Part shown: one piece after another, positions 1 through 9,690 of the stretch
Layout of the letters: every line of letters starts with the position of its first letter
Position numbering within the stretch: the stretch's first letter is position 1
DNA from: Callorhinchus milii
Lineage: Eukaryota
Direction: 5' to 3'
DNA length: 64,000 bases
NCBI RefSeq assembly: GCF_018977255.1
Contig: NW_024704742.1
Location: 87,422,001-87,486,000, forward strand
Program-made: the position numbers and the translations under genes
The notes under the pieces: model-generated
What the model was told of the DNA's origin: nothing
Databases searched by the model: none
The model's input: only the letters and a program-made list of their open reading frames with translations

Positions 1-347
1 CAATGATTCGAAAGCCCGACATGAAAACAGAAAGTAGAACCAGAAAAGTATTTTTTTAACGTTAAATAGTATTTGTATTTGTTTCAGTGGATTAGGATTA
101 ATATTACAATATAATATTTGATATATTGATATAAATACAATTATTCCAGGTCTTTAAGTAGCCATATCACTGTCATATTTATTAGTTCAGCATTACAGGT
201 CCTCCTAGACCTGCCAGCCCTCTTATGGGTTAAGGATTAAGTCACCAATTTAATAAACTATTCTTGGGAAATAGATAAGTTTAAAATGTAAATTTCCATA
301 TTTCTAAATTTGCACTGCTAGAAAATGCTGGACTATGACTGCTTTAT

Positions 348-490
348 AATAATAATCCTTGCACTTGACATAGCGTCTTTGAAACGTCTCAAAGCCTTTC
401 ACAGAATATACTGTAAAGTGAATGTATATTTTGTGGGCGAAATGCAGCAGCAGTGTCCCACAAACAGTCGTGGATTGAGGTACAAAATTA
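348..490 (-). mobile_element. tRNA/Deu-domain SINE, 3' fragment
   Basis: (AAT)n-CCTTGCACTTGACATAGCG tail and CAGCAGTGTCCCACAAACAGTCGTGGATTGA core match the full-length copies at 1789 and 22000. Confidence 0.85.
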
Positions 491-563
491 TTTTAAGACT
501 CAAAGATCTGACACATCAGTTGAAAAAGAATTATTCATGATAATTGCAGATCCCTTGGCCCCA

Positions 564-686
564 CTTAAGAGTATCCAAACCAGACCGAGTTCCACAAAAC
601 TTATACAAAAGTGCAATTCTCAGTCTGGTTTGGATACTCTTAAGCATGCTGACTCATTTCTACATGTGTTACTCACCTGGCTGACC
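564..686. repeat. Fold-back copy of unclassified GGTCAG...CTTAAGAGTATCCAAACC repeat family
   Basis: Perfect 22-bp inverted repeat CTTAAGAGTATCCAAACCAGAC (564-585) / GTCTGGTTTGGATACTCTTAAG (623-644); the right arm continues to CTGGCTGACC-A7, the reverse complement of the family end seen at 62221. Confidence 0.85.
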
Positions 687-931
687 AAAAAAAACAACTT
701 CAAACTGAAGCTTTCAGAGCACTGAAAACCCTAAAGAGCATTATTGTATGCTGAAACTAAAAGAGGCACTGTCAGAAAACTGATGCAGCAGGCCTTTATC
801 ATGGATAAGATCATTTATTTGAGTGACTTCATCCATTAGGTTTGAGCTGCTCACTACTAGCCTGAGTTAGAAAGTGAAATGTTCAGGCTCCATCGTTGCA
901 GAAACTGCACATTAAAATTCGGCAAATATAA

Positions 932-1114
932 GGCCCTAATTTGTGGTACTTCTTTATGGGATTCCTTAATAAGGAATCTGGTTTGAATCCCTGTTGGAAA
1001 CTCTAGATCATTTCAGAGCAGAGTTCCAAAGGATCAGTGGGCTCAACCTGGGTAACCTAGTCATTAAGAATTATTATGAAGAAATCCCATTAAGAAATAC
1101 TAGAAATTAGGCCC
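932..1114. mobile_element. MITE with ~40-bp imperfect TIRs (Harbinger/PIF-like, tentative)
   Basis: GGCCCTAATTTGTGGTACTTCTTTATGGGATTCCTTAATAA pairs with TTATGAAGAAATCCCATTAAGAAATACTAGAAATTAGGCCC; flanks TAA/TGA. Confidence 0.7.
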
Positions 1115-1788
1115 TGAGGTCTATTGATAGTAATTTAGCGTAATTCTACATTGTAATTAAGACAATCTGGCTCTCAAGAGTGAGAAAGAGTCTCAAAGGA
1201 TGAGACACGACACCTGCAGTTGGTATGCTTATTTAAATTACTGAAAAGCTATTTTGTCTATCGAAAAGTGCTAAAGGTGCTGTCACCCTAAACGTTTCAA
1301 TCCCACCACTTCATATAAAACTGAATATGGCACAACTAACGTTTCTGCTTATCTTCTTACTATATATGTTTTTATTGACATAAAAATACTTATCGATTAT
1401 GGAATAATTTGCTTAAGACATTTAAATCATAGTGTGCTGAAGTTATTTTTTATTCCAACAAAAATGCACTTTTAAAGATTATTCTTATCTCCCCTGTGCC
1501 AGTAATGCTAATAGACTTCCCAAAGAAAGGAAAGTGCCCTTAAGTACCATCCAGCTACTCTCATTGACACAGATAGAAACTACGGGCATAGATACCAGTG
1601 CTTGTTGCCAGACAATTTTCCTGTTGCTTGGAGAACCTATTCTCATAAGGCTACTTTTGTATGTATTTGTATCAATAAGTATTGAGACATCACTCTTTGG
1701 AGTGATGATGACAGGAAGGCACTGACATTTTTATGTACAGATTCCATATATCTGTATTGACTAAATAAGATGAACCATAGCACCTGAC

Positions 1789-2154
1789 AATAATAATCCT
1801 TGCATTTGATATAGTGCCTTATCACGTCTTCAAGAAATCTCAAAGCGCTTCACAGAATATACTGTAAAGTGAATGTACTGTGTATTTTGTGGGCAAAACC
1901 CGGCAGCCAATTGCACACAGCAGTGCCCCACAAACAGTCGTGAATTGAAGTGACCAATTTATTATTATTATTTTTAAGGGATTATTATCCTTGGAAAAGC
2001 AATCACCAATCGACTAATAACTGAGTTCCTACTTACTGCTAGGTAAACAGAGGCATGTGGAGTAAGGAAACTTACCTAAGGATTCGCCCAAGAATTGAAC
2101 CTAGATCCTCTCATTTGTGAGGCGAATGCTCTAACCACTGAGCTACAGGACTCC
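1789..2154 (-). mobile_element. Full-length tRNA/Deu-domain SINE, long form
   Basis: Reverse strand: GGAGTCCTGTAGCTCAGTGGTTAGAGC head (A box), GGTTCAATTC B box, CCTCTGTTTACCTAGCAGTAAGTAGG segment, Deu-like core, L2-type tail with (ATT)n. Confidence 0.92.
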
Positions 2155-2789
2155 ACGGTAAACAGGACAGGACTCCAAAATAAACATTAAAGGTAATCCA
2201 TTTTCTCGATAAGGATTTCCACTGTTTACTGTCCATTATTATACAGCTACCGAGTACTTTCTTTGACCGTGCCTTCCATCATCTTGCCTGCCCTCCCCAG
2301 CCCCTCACTCGCCAAAATCCCACCTCCAGCTTGGGTACAAACCCTTGATTATCCAGAGGCTTGGACATCATCCCAATGTGAAAGGCTACATAAATTCAAT
2401 TTATTGTTGTTGTGCATTTGTGTTCTGCACATGAAGCTGTCAGTGTATTTGTAAATTAATTATTGTAGTAATGCAGTGGCAAAGTGCTGGCTCAGGAATC
2501 CTGTCTCATAAATCTCATAAAGCTGTCAAGTTAGTCTTCATTCCCATTCATCACAAGACACTGTCAAGTTTTATGAGAAATTTGGACACTGCTAAAATAT
2601 TGTGCCCATCATATTATACCAGTGATGTAAGCACAGACATATTTAAACATTGAAACTGCATTCTAAGATGCAAGGGAGTCGTGTGATTACCTTTAGTTAG
2701 AAAATAACTAGAAAATATTTTACAGACCATAGCAATGCAAATTGTCAATAAATTGTAAACTTGTGCTAGCTTGGAAATACGCGCTCACA

Positions 2790-3085
2790 GGCTTGGCTGA
2801 CACTCTAATTCAGTGCTGGTTGGGATGAGGAGGGCTGAGTGCTGCATTGTCAAAGGTTCCGTCTTTCATATGAGACATTGAACAAAGATTCTGTCTGCCT
2901 GTTCAGGTGGATGTTAAAGCCCCGGTGTCCTGATCAACAATCCTCCTCAAATTAGACATTCAATTTGTGGCGGTTTGTGGGACATTGCTGTGCACAACTT
3001 AGCTGCCATGTTTGCCTACAAAATGTACAATCACTTTATGATCTATCCATCCACTTTGAGATGTCCCTGACATGAAGGATACATG
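2790..3085 (+). mobile_element. Older SacSINE1-like DeuSINE fragment
   Basis: GCTGACACT...GAGTGCTGCATTGTC...GTTCAGGTGGATGTTAAAG...TTGTGGGACATTGCTGTGCAC; aligns to the copy at 19989. Confidence 0.75.
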
Positions 3086-3106
3086 GATTATTTTGCACAC
3101 TGATAT

Positions 3107-3199
3107 AGTCAATTCACTTTACAATATATTCTGTGAAGCTCTTTGAGACGTCTAGAAGATGTGAAAAGCGCAATATCAAATGCAAGGATTATTATTATG
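3107..3199 (+). mobile_element. SINE 3' tail fragment
   Basis: AGTCAATTCACTTTACAATATATTCTGTGAAG...ATCAAATGCAAGGATTATTATT. Confidence 0.85.
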
Positions 3200-3384
3200 A
3201 TTACCAATGCAGTCATTGTCGGATCCATAAAACCCAACCTGTGCTGGAGCGAGGTATGATGCCAGTAACTGTACATGTGTATAGGAGGCTGGCTTGCTCG
3301 CTATCCACTGGCTGCTTGTATTTTATGTTGCAATGTAATCTATGATGATGCTCCAGTGCAATACTGATTTGAGTGGAAATTGAT

Positions 3385-5458
3385 TGAGATGAACTGAGCT
3401 GAATTGAATTGAGCTAAATAGGGCTGGGCTGAACTAATTGAGTTGAGCTGGGCTGAATTGAGTTATATTGAGCTGGGCTGAGCTGAGTTGACCTGGACTA
3501 AGCTGAGTTGGGCAGGACTGAGTTGGGCTGAAGTGAGTTGAGCTGGATTCAGTTGGGCTGGGTTGCTGGATTGTTGGGCTGGGCTGAGCTGGGCTAGGTT
3601 GGGCTGAGCTGGGTTGAGTTGGGCTGAGCTGGGCTGGGTTGAATTGGGTTGGGCTGAGCTGGGTTGAGCTGGGTTGGGCTGAGCTGGGTTGGGCTGAGCT
3701 GAGTTGGGTTGGGCTGAGCTGGGTTGGGCTGAGTTGGGCTGAGTTGGGCTGGGTTGGGTTGAGCTGGTTTGCTGGGTTGGGCTGAGCTGGGATGGGCTGA
3801 GCTGGGCTGGGTTGGGCTGAGCTGGTTTGCTGGGCTGAGCTGGGCTGGGCTGAGCTGGGCTGAGCTGGGTTGCGCTGGGCTGAGCTGGATTGGGCTGAGC
3901 TGGGTTGGGCTGGGTTGGGTTGGGCTGAGCTGGGTTGGGCTGAGCTGGGTTAGGTGGGGCTGGATTGGGCTGAGCTGGATTGGGCTGGGCTGAGCTGGGT
4001 TAGGCTGGGCTGGGCTGGGTTAGGTTGGGTTAGGCTGGGTTGGGCTAAGCTGGGCTGGGTTAGGCTGGACTGAGCTGGGTTAGGCTGAGCTGGGCTGGGT
4101 TAGGCTGGGCTGGGTTAGGTTGGGCTGGGTTGGGCTTAGTTGGGTTAGGCTGGGCTGAGCTGGGTTAGGCTGGGCTGGGTTGGGCTGAGCTGGGCTGAGC
4201 TGGGTTAGGCTGGGCTGGGTTGGGCTGGGTTAGGTTGGGCTGGGCTAGGCTGGGCTGGGTTAGGTTGGGCTGGGTTGGGCTGAGCTGGGTTGGGCTGAAC
4301 TGGGTTGGGCTGGGCTGGGTTGGGTTAGGCTGGGCTGAGCTGGGTTAGGCTGGGCTGAGCTGGGTTGGGCTGAGCTGGGCTGGGTTGGGTTAGGCTGGGC
4401 TGAGCTGGGTTAGGCTGGGCTGGACTGGGTTGGGTTAGGCTGGGCTGGGTCAGGCTTGGCTGGGCTGAGCTGGGTTGGGCTGAGCTGGGTTAGGCTGAGC
4501 TGGGCTGGGTTAGGTTGGGCTGGGTTGGGCTGAGTTGGGTTGGGCTGAGTTGGGTTGGGCTGAGTTGGGTTGGGCTGAGTTGGGTTGGGCTGAGTTGGGT
4601 TGGGCTGAGTTGGGTTGGGCTGAGTTGGGTTGGGCTGAGTTGGGTTGGGCTGAGCTGGGTTGGGCTGAGCTGGGCTGGGCTGAGCTGGGCTGGGCTGAGC
4701 TGGGCTGAGCTGGGTTGGGCTGAGCTGGGTTGGGCTGAGCTGGGTTGGGCTGAGCTGGGTTGGGCTGAGCTGGGTTGGGCTGAGCTGGGTTGGGCTGAGC
4801 TGGGTTGGGCTGAGCTGGGTTGGGCTGGGCTGAGCTGGGCTGGGCTGAGCTGGGTTGGGCTGGGTTGGGCTGAGCTGGGTTGGGCTGAGCTGGGTTGGGC
4901 TGAGCTGGGTTAGGTTGGGTTGGGCTGAGCTGGGCTGAGCTGGGTTAGGTTGGGTTGGGCTGAGCTGGGTTAGGTTGGGTTGGGCTGAGCTGGGTTGGGC
5001 TGAGCTGGGTTGGGCTGAGCTGGGTTGGGCTGAGCTGAGTTGGGCTGAGCTGGGTTGGGCTGTGCTGGGCTGGGTTGGGCTGGGTTGGGCTGGGCTGAGC
5101 TGGGCTGGGTTGGGCTGAGCTGGGTTGGGCTGAGCTGAGCTGGGTTGGGCTGAGCTGGGTTGGGCTGGGCTGGGCTGGGCTGGGTTGGGCTGAGCTGAGC
5201 TGAGCTGGGCTGAGCTGGGTTGGGCTGAGCTGGGCTGGGCTGGGCTGAGCTGGGTTGGGTTGGGCTGAGCTGGGCTGGGTTGGGCTGAGCTGGGTTGGGC
5301 TGAGCTGGGTTGGGCTGAGCTGGGTTGGGTTGGGCTGAGCTGGGCTGAGCTGGGCTGGGCTGGGTTGGGCTGAGCTGGGTTGGGCTGGGCTGGGCTGGGT
5401 TGGGTTGGGTTGAGCTGGGCTGGGCTGAGCTGGGTTGGGCTGAGCTGGGTTGGGCTGA
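3385..5458 (+). repeat. ~2.1-kb G-rich pentamer array (TGAGC/TGGGC/TGGGT/TAGGC/TGAGT), Ig switch-region-like
   Basis: Continuous 5-bp periodicity, dense AGCT palindromes, G-rich + strand, degenerate left edge and sharp right edge. Confidence 0.97.
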
Positions 5459-5728
5459 AGTCTGTGTGTGCTCAGGGTTCCTCCCCGGTTGACGTGCCCC
5501 ACAGCCCTTGTGAGGAGGGTTCATGCGCAGTGAGAGCCGCGTGTGCTGCTGTGCTCAGTGTGTGTACAAAGCGGTGAGAGTGGCGGCTCAGCGCAGACAC
5601 ACACACACACACACACACACAGGGGATACCGAGTTACCGGCACAGCGCACCGCACCGCTCCTGCAAACCTTTGCAATACAGGAAGGCAGAGGAGAGCAGA
5701 GGAGAGCACGGGGGCAAGTTAGTACTGA
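5459..5728 (+). promoter_or_regulatory. Putative CpG-rich promoter / non-coding first exon
   Basis: Local CpG enrichment against a CpG-poor background; TGACGT (CRE-like, 5490) and CATGCGCA (NRF1-like, 5522); internal (CA)n; ends at candidate donor ACTGA|GTGAGT (5729). Confidence 0.55.
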
Positions 5729-6284
5729 GTGAGTGAGAGAGTGAGTGTGTGACTGTGTGTGAGTGAGTGAGTGAGTGTGAGTGAGTGAGTGAGAGTGTGT
5801 GAGTGAGAGTGTGAGTGAGTGTGTGAGTGAGTATGTGAGTATGTGTGTGTGAGTGAGTGTGAGTGAGTATGTGTGTGTGAGTGAGTGTGTGAGTGAGTAT
5901 GTGTGTGTGTGTGAGTGAGTGTGTGAGTATGTGTGTGTGTGTGTGTGAGTGTGTGAGTGAGTATGTGTGTGTGAGTGAGTGTGAGTGTGTGAGTGAGTGA
6001 GTGAGTATGTGTGTGTGTGTGAGTGTGTGAGTGTGTGTGTGAGTGTGTGAGTGAGTGAGTGTGTGAGTGTGAGTGTGTGTGTGTGTGAGTGAGTGTGAGT
6101 GTGTGAGTGAGTGTGTGAGTGAGTGTGTGAGTATGTGTGTGTGAGTGTGTGTGAGTGTGTGAGTGAGTATGTGAGTATGTGTGAGTGTGTGTGTGAGTGA
6201 GTGTGAGAGTGTGTGTGTGTGTGTGAGTGAGTATGTGAGTATGTGTGTGTGAGTGTGTGTGTGAGTGAGTGTGTGAGTGTGTGT
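5726..6284 (+). repeat. Compound (GT)n/(GAGT)n microsatellite
   Basis: ~560 bp made almost entirely of GTGT, GTGA and GTAT units. Confidence 0.97.
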
Positions 6285-6401
6285 GGGGTTCCTGTGTTTC
6301 CCCTCCGGCTTGAGCTGAGTTGAGAAGCTTAGCGTCGGGATTGAAATTTGCGGAAAAGTGCTTTTTATTTGCAATTGGAGAAGAAAAGTGTATTTTTTTT
6401 C

Positions 6402-6500
6402 ACCCCCCCCCCCCTCCTCCCCCCCCTCCTCCCCCCCCCTCCTCCCCTCCCCCTCCTCCCCCCCCCCTCCCCCCCCCCCCCCCCCCCCCCCTCCTCCCCC
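6402..6500. repeat. Poly-C/(CCT) homopyrimidine tract
   Basis: ~100 bp of C runs interrupted almost only by single T. Confidence 0.97.
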
Positions 6501-6667
6501 ACTTACTTTGGGTTTATTTACACGAAAGACTTTTTTTTCGCCAAGTCGCTCGTCCAGTTGTTGCGCGAGTTTATTTCCTTTGGCTTCCGAAATACTCGAT
6601 GTAACAGCCCTGTTCCCCCCTAACACACACACACACACACACACACCTCCTCCCCCCCTCACTGCAG

Positions 6668-6687
6668 GTTTTTAGACTGGTTTGTGG
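6668..6687 (+). other. Candidate 20-nt micro-exon (or 3' end of a longer 5' exon)
   Basis: CCTCCTCCCCCCCTCACTGCAG| acceptor and TGG|GTGAGT consensus donor at 6688. Confidence 0.4.
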
Positions 6688-6984
6688 GTGAGTGTGCAGT
6701 TGCATTTCAGTTATTTCACTCCTTCCACATTGGGAATCCAGGAAAGTTGGGAGTTTTTTCTTTGCTGAAGAAGTCTGTCTGTTTGCAATGATTCCCTGTC
6801 GAGATGTGAACCAGCCACTGAAATTTGTAACCCTTTGTGAACACAAAGTAACAGCAGTGAACCTGTTGCTGAGCTTTTCTTACTTCTCTCAAACTGGAGT
6901 GTGTGGCTGAGAAATATTTAACCTGTAGCCAAACAATGAATCTCAACATCTGTGTTTTTTTTTTATCCTTGAGTTGTTTTACGG

Positions 6985-7041
6985 GGTCAGCCGGGTGCAG
7001 AAACCCATCAAGATGCTTAAGAGTATCCAAACCAAACTTAG
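6985..7041 (+). repeat. Unclassified GGTCAG repeat family, short copy
   Basis: GGTCAGCCGGGTGCAGAAACCCATCAAGATGCTTAAGAGTATCCAAACCAAACT. Confidence 0.8.
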
Positions 7042-8734
7042 ATTGGCATTTCTTGAATTTAGTCTTTTTTTTTAATGATTGTATTTCTGCAAAGACCTTT
7101 TTTCTTGGTTTCTCAGCTCCCTAGGATGGCGTTTTTTTTTATTGCTTAGCTTCTCTCTCATGTTTTCTATTTGTCCATCACTGTAAAACGCTGAGGATTC
7201 AAAATGCGCCGTTTATAAATCTTGGATTTGCAAATATCGAATCCTGCCGGTATGTGAATCAACCAACTTTGTTCTCATGTGATGGACTGCAGCAGCAACA
7301 GTAACTTATATTTATATAGCACCCTTCACGAATGGTAGCGTCTCGGAGCGCTGGATACAGCAGTCACATACGGTTATTGACGGGTTCAATATTTGCAACT
7401 CCAGTTTGCAGCTCTTTGGATTTCAGATGCCTCTCCCCCCCCCCCCCCCCATATGAAGAAAGGATCATGTGATAATACAGTATATTGGATTACTGAAATA
7501 CTAAAAATCATTGTGTCGTACAGCAACAAACATTATTGTCAAAGGTGAATGTTTGACTTTGGAAGTCTTCACAAAATTCTGATGATGCTTAAAACCGAAT
7601 TGATAGCATTTCTCCTGATACAATGGAGTCAAGAATCATATTGATACTCTAACTAGTTTTCTATTTTGAGCTTTTTCTAATGCTGTGTGTAAGTCTTACT
7701 CGTGTATACTGCGTCAGTTCACTGTGACACATTAATTGAAGTAGACGTGATTGACAGTACCAGTTCTAGTAAAAGGCTAATGTTTTTTAGTTGGTCACTT
7801 TCTAATCTTTATGTTGATGAGAGGTTTCAATACTTAATGATACTGTGGAATGATTTGTGCTTGCGTTGGCCTTCTATTTACTGTTGAGGTATTAGGTGCC
7901 CTTTAATTTTGAGCTGAACTGTGGTGGGGGGTTGTTAACTGGTTCAGCAGCTGTATTTTCTTTTAAAAGTAATCACTGCAGGTGTTTGGCATGTATAGTC
8001 AAGTCTACCGCAGACTGAAAGAGGAGTGAGTGCTATTTCAGAGTGTGCACTTTATTTCTGTGTATAACCATAAATAGATACATGCACAGAAGGATATTTC
8101 ACCCAAAATAATTGATGCCAGTCATGTAGCATGGGGAGGGATTAGGCGTGACCGACTTTCAGTTAGTATATGAAGCAATTCTCAAATGTGTGTGTTCTAC
8201 ACCATGCGGAGTGTAGTGAATCATTTCTGCAACTCATCCGAAATAACGTGATGTTCTGCAAGGGAACAATTATTTCACATGAGCTGTGTTAGCAAGAGCT
8301 AATCATTAAGAGGTGGCCAAGATTTGCAATTCACCCTCAATTTTGGTTTGTTTGTATTAATAACTGCTCAAGCCCTACTTTCGCAGAATATGATGTCATC
8401 TGAACCCATCGACTGGATTCCTGCCTTGAATAGATTAATCTATTCCCATCCGCTTGTAGCTTTCTCTTGATGCAAAACATTTGAGCGATAATTCCGAATC
8501 CATGAAGATCCCTTGTAAAAAGCTTCCTCACTCTAAACTCTGAAAAATGTGTTATCTGTATCATTGCTTTTTAAAATTTAGATGTGTACTAGTCAGTCAT
8601 GTAATTTGACAAATCTCTCCCAAGTGAGGCAGACCAGCTAACTGGACTGGTGAAGTCACAAATGACTTACGGTTGTGAGGCATTTATTGCATATACAAGT
8701 GACTATGAGGTTACCTATTTAGAATTCTTGTCGT

Positions 8735-8940
8735 GGACTGTTAAGTGCTTTTCTCTCACCTCTGGATCTGAATGTTGAATCCAACCCTAATTGATGGGAT
8801 AGCAGGTCCTGACTTAATTCAATTTGAGAACATTAATTCCACTTCCTGATGGGGTTTGAGTCCACTGCACAAAACTGGGTCATAATTTTTCATCCATTAT
8901 GATGCGAATTGACAATCTTGCTGACAAGTCATAGGAATGT
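8735..8940 (+). mobile_element. Ancient SINE relic, LF-SINE-like (tentative)
   Basis: TCACCTCTGG...GAATCCAACCC...GATGGGAT head and TCCACTTCCT...GTCCACTGCACAAAAC...AATTGACAATCTTGCTGAC body resemble my recollection of the LF-SINE consensus. Confidence 0.45.
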
Positions 8941-9507
8941 CTGCTGTGGGAATGGAGTACATTTGGACTGATCTGCAAGGAGCGTTTACTGAGGTTAATG
9001 TGTCAGTCGGGTCAATGGGGGGGGTGGGAAATGGTGGTGGGGGGGACAAAGATTTACTATGCAGCTGGGAGTGATTGTTGACAATGAGTGGAGAAGTGTT
9101 TTATTTCTCGGCACTGTTGCCATGATGGAAAACTTTAGTTCGAGTTGTAGCCTGGGAAAGAAAATAATTTTCATGGGTGTAACATTTAATTAATTAACAC
9201 GGTAACTTTACAGCAAATTGATGTTCTGTTATTATACATGTTTCATTACCTACACCTTTGCAGCTTGATGTTTGGAGGTTTGTCAACTTGGAAAAAGCCA
9301 TAATTCCCGAAGTGTGTGTGTGCATAAAAGATTATGTATAGTTGTTAAGGCTGACAAAAACGGTGGCCATTACAGTGCCGCGAGTTATCTGTGAGAGATT
9401 ATGTTTTAAGAGGATTCTGCTTGTCTGTGAATTCCAATGCTATTCCTGTAGTATTTCTTTTGTGACTTTTAAGAGCTGTTCAATTTTTGAACTTTGCTTG
9501 TGGTAAT

Positions 9508-9690
9508 ATTATTATAATCCTTGCATTTGATATAGTGCCTTATTGTTGAGATATCTTACAGTGTTTCACAGAATATACTGTAAAGTGGATCGAGTGTATT
9601 ATGTGGGCAAAAAGTGGCAGCCAATTACACATAGCAATCTCCCATGAACGTGGATTGCGTGACCAAATGTTTATTATCTTTTAAGGGATT
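9508..9690 (-). mobile_element. tRNA/Deu-domain SINE, 3' half
   Basis: ATAATCCTTGCATTTGATATAGTGCC...GGCAGCCAATTACACATAGC. Confidence 0.85.

Noticed and set aside
564..644. Kolobok/piggyBac MITE bounded by TTAA
   Set aside because: The TTAA is internal to a longer repeat unit that continues beyond it in all other copies, so it is not a TSD
3950..4515. GGGTTAGG / TTAGGC motifs resembling telomeric repeats
   Set aside because: They arise from TGGGT+TAGGC pentamer junctions; there is no tandem TTAGGG hexamer periodicity
3385..5458. CRISPR array or bona fide IgH switch region
   Set aside because: No spacer structure and the DNA is eukaryotic; no Ig J or constant exons are recognisable in the window, so it is only switch-like
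3769..5524. Long ORFs (GLSWV/AELGW/QPNPA repeats)
   Set aside because: Translations of the pentamer array; no coding signals
5634..6675. 342-aa His/Thr-rich and poly-Pro/Gly ORFs
   Set aside because: Products of the (GT/GAGT)n and poly-C tracts
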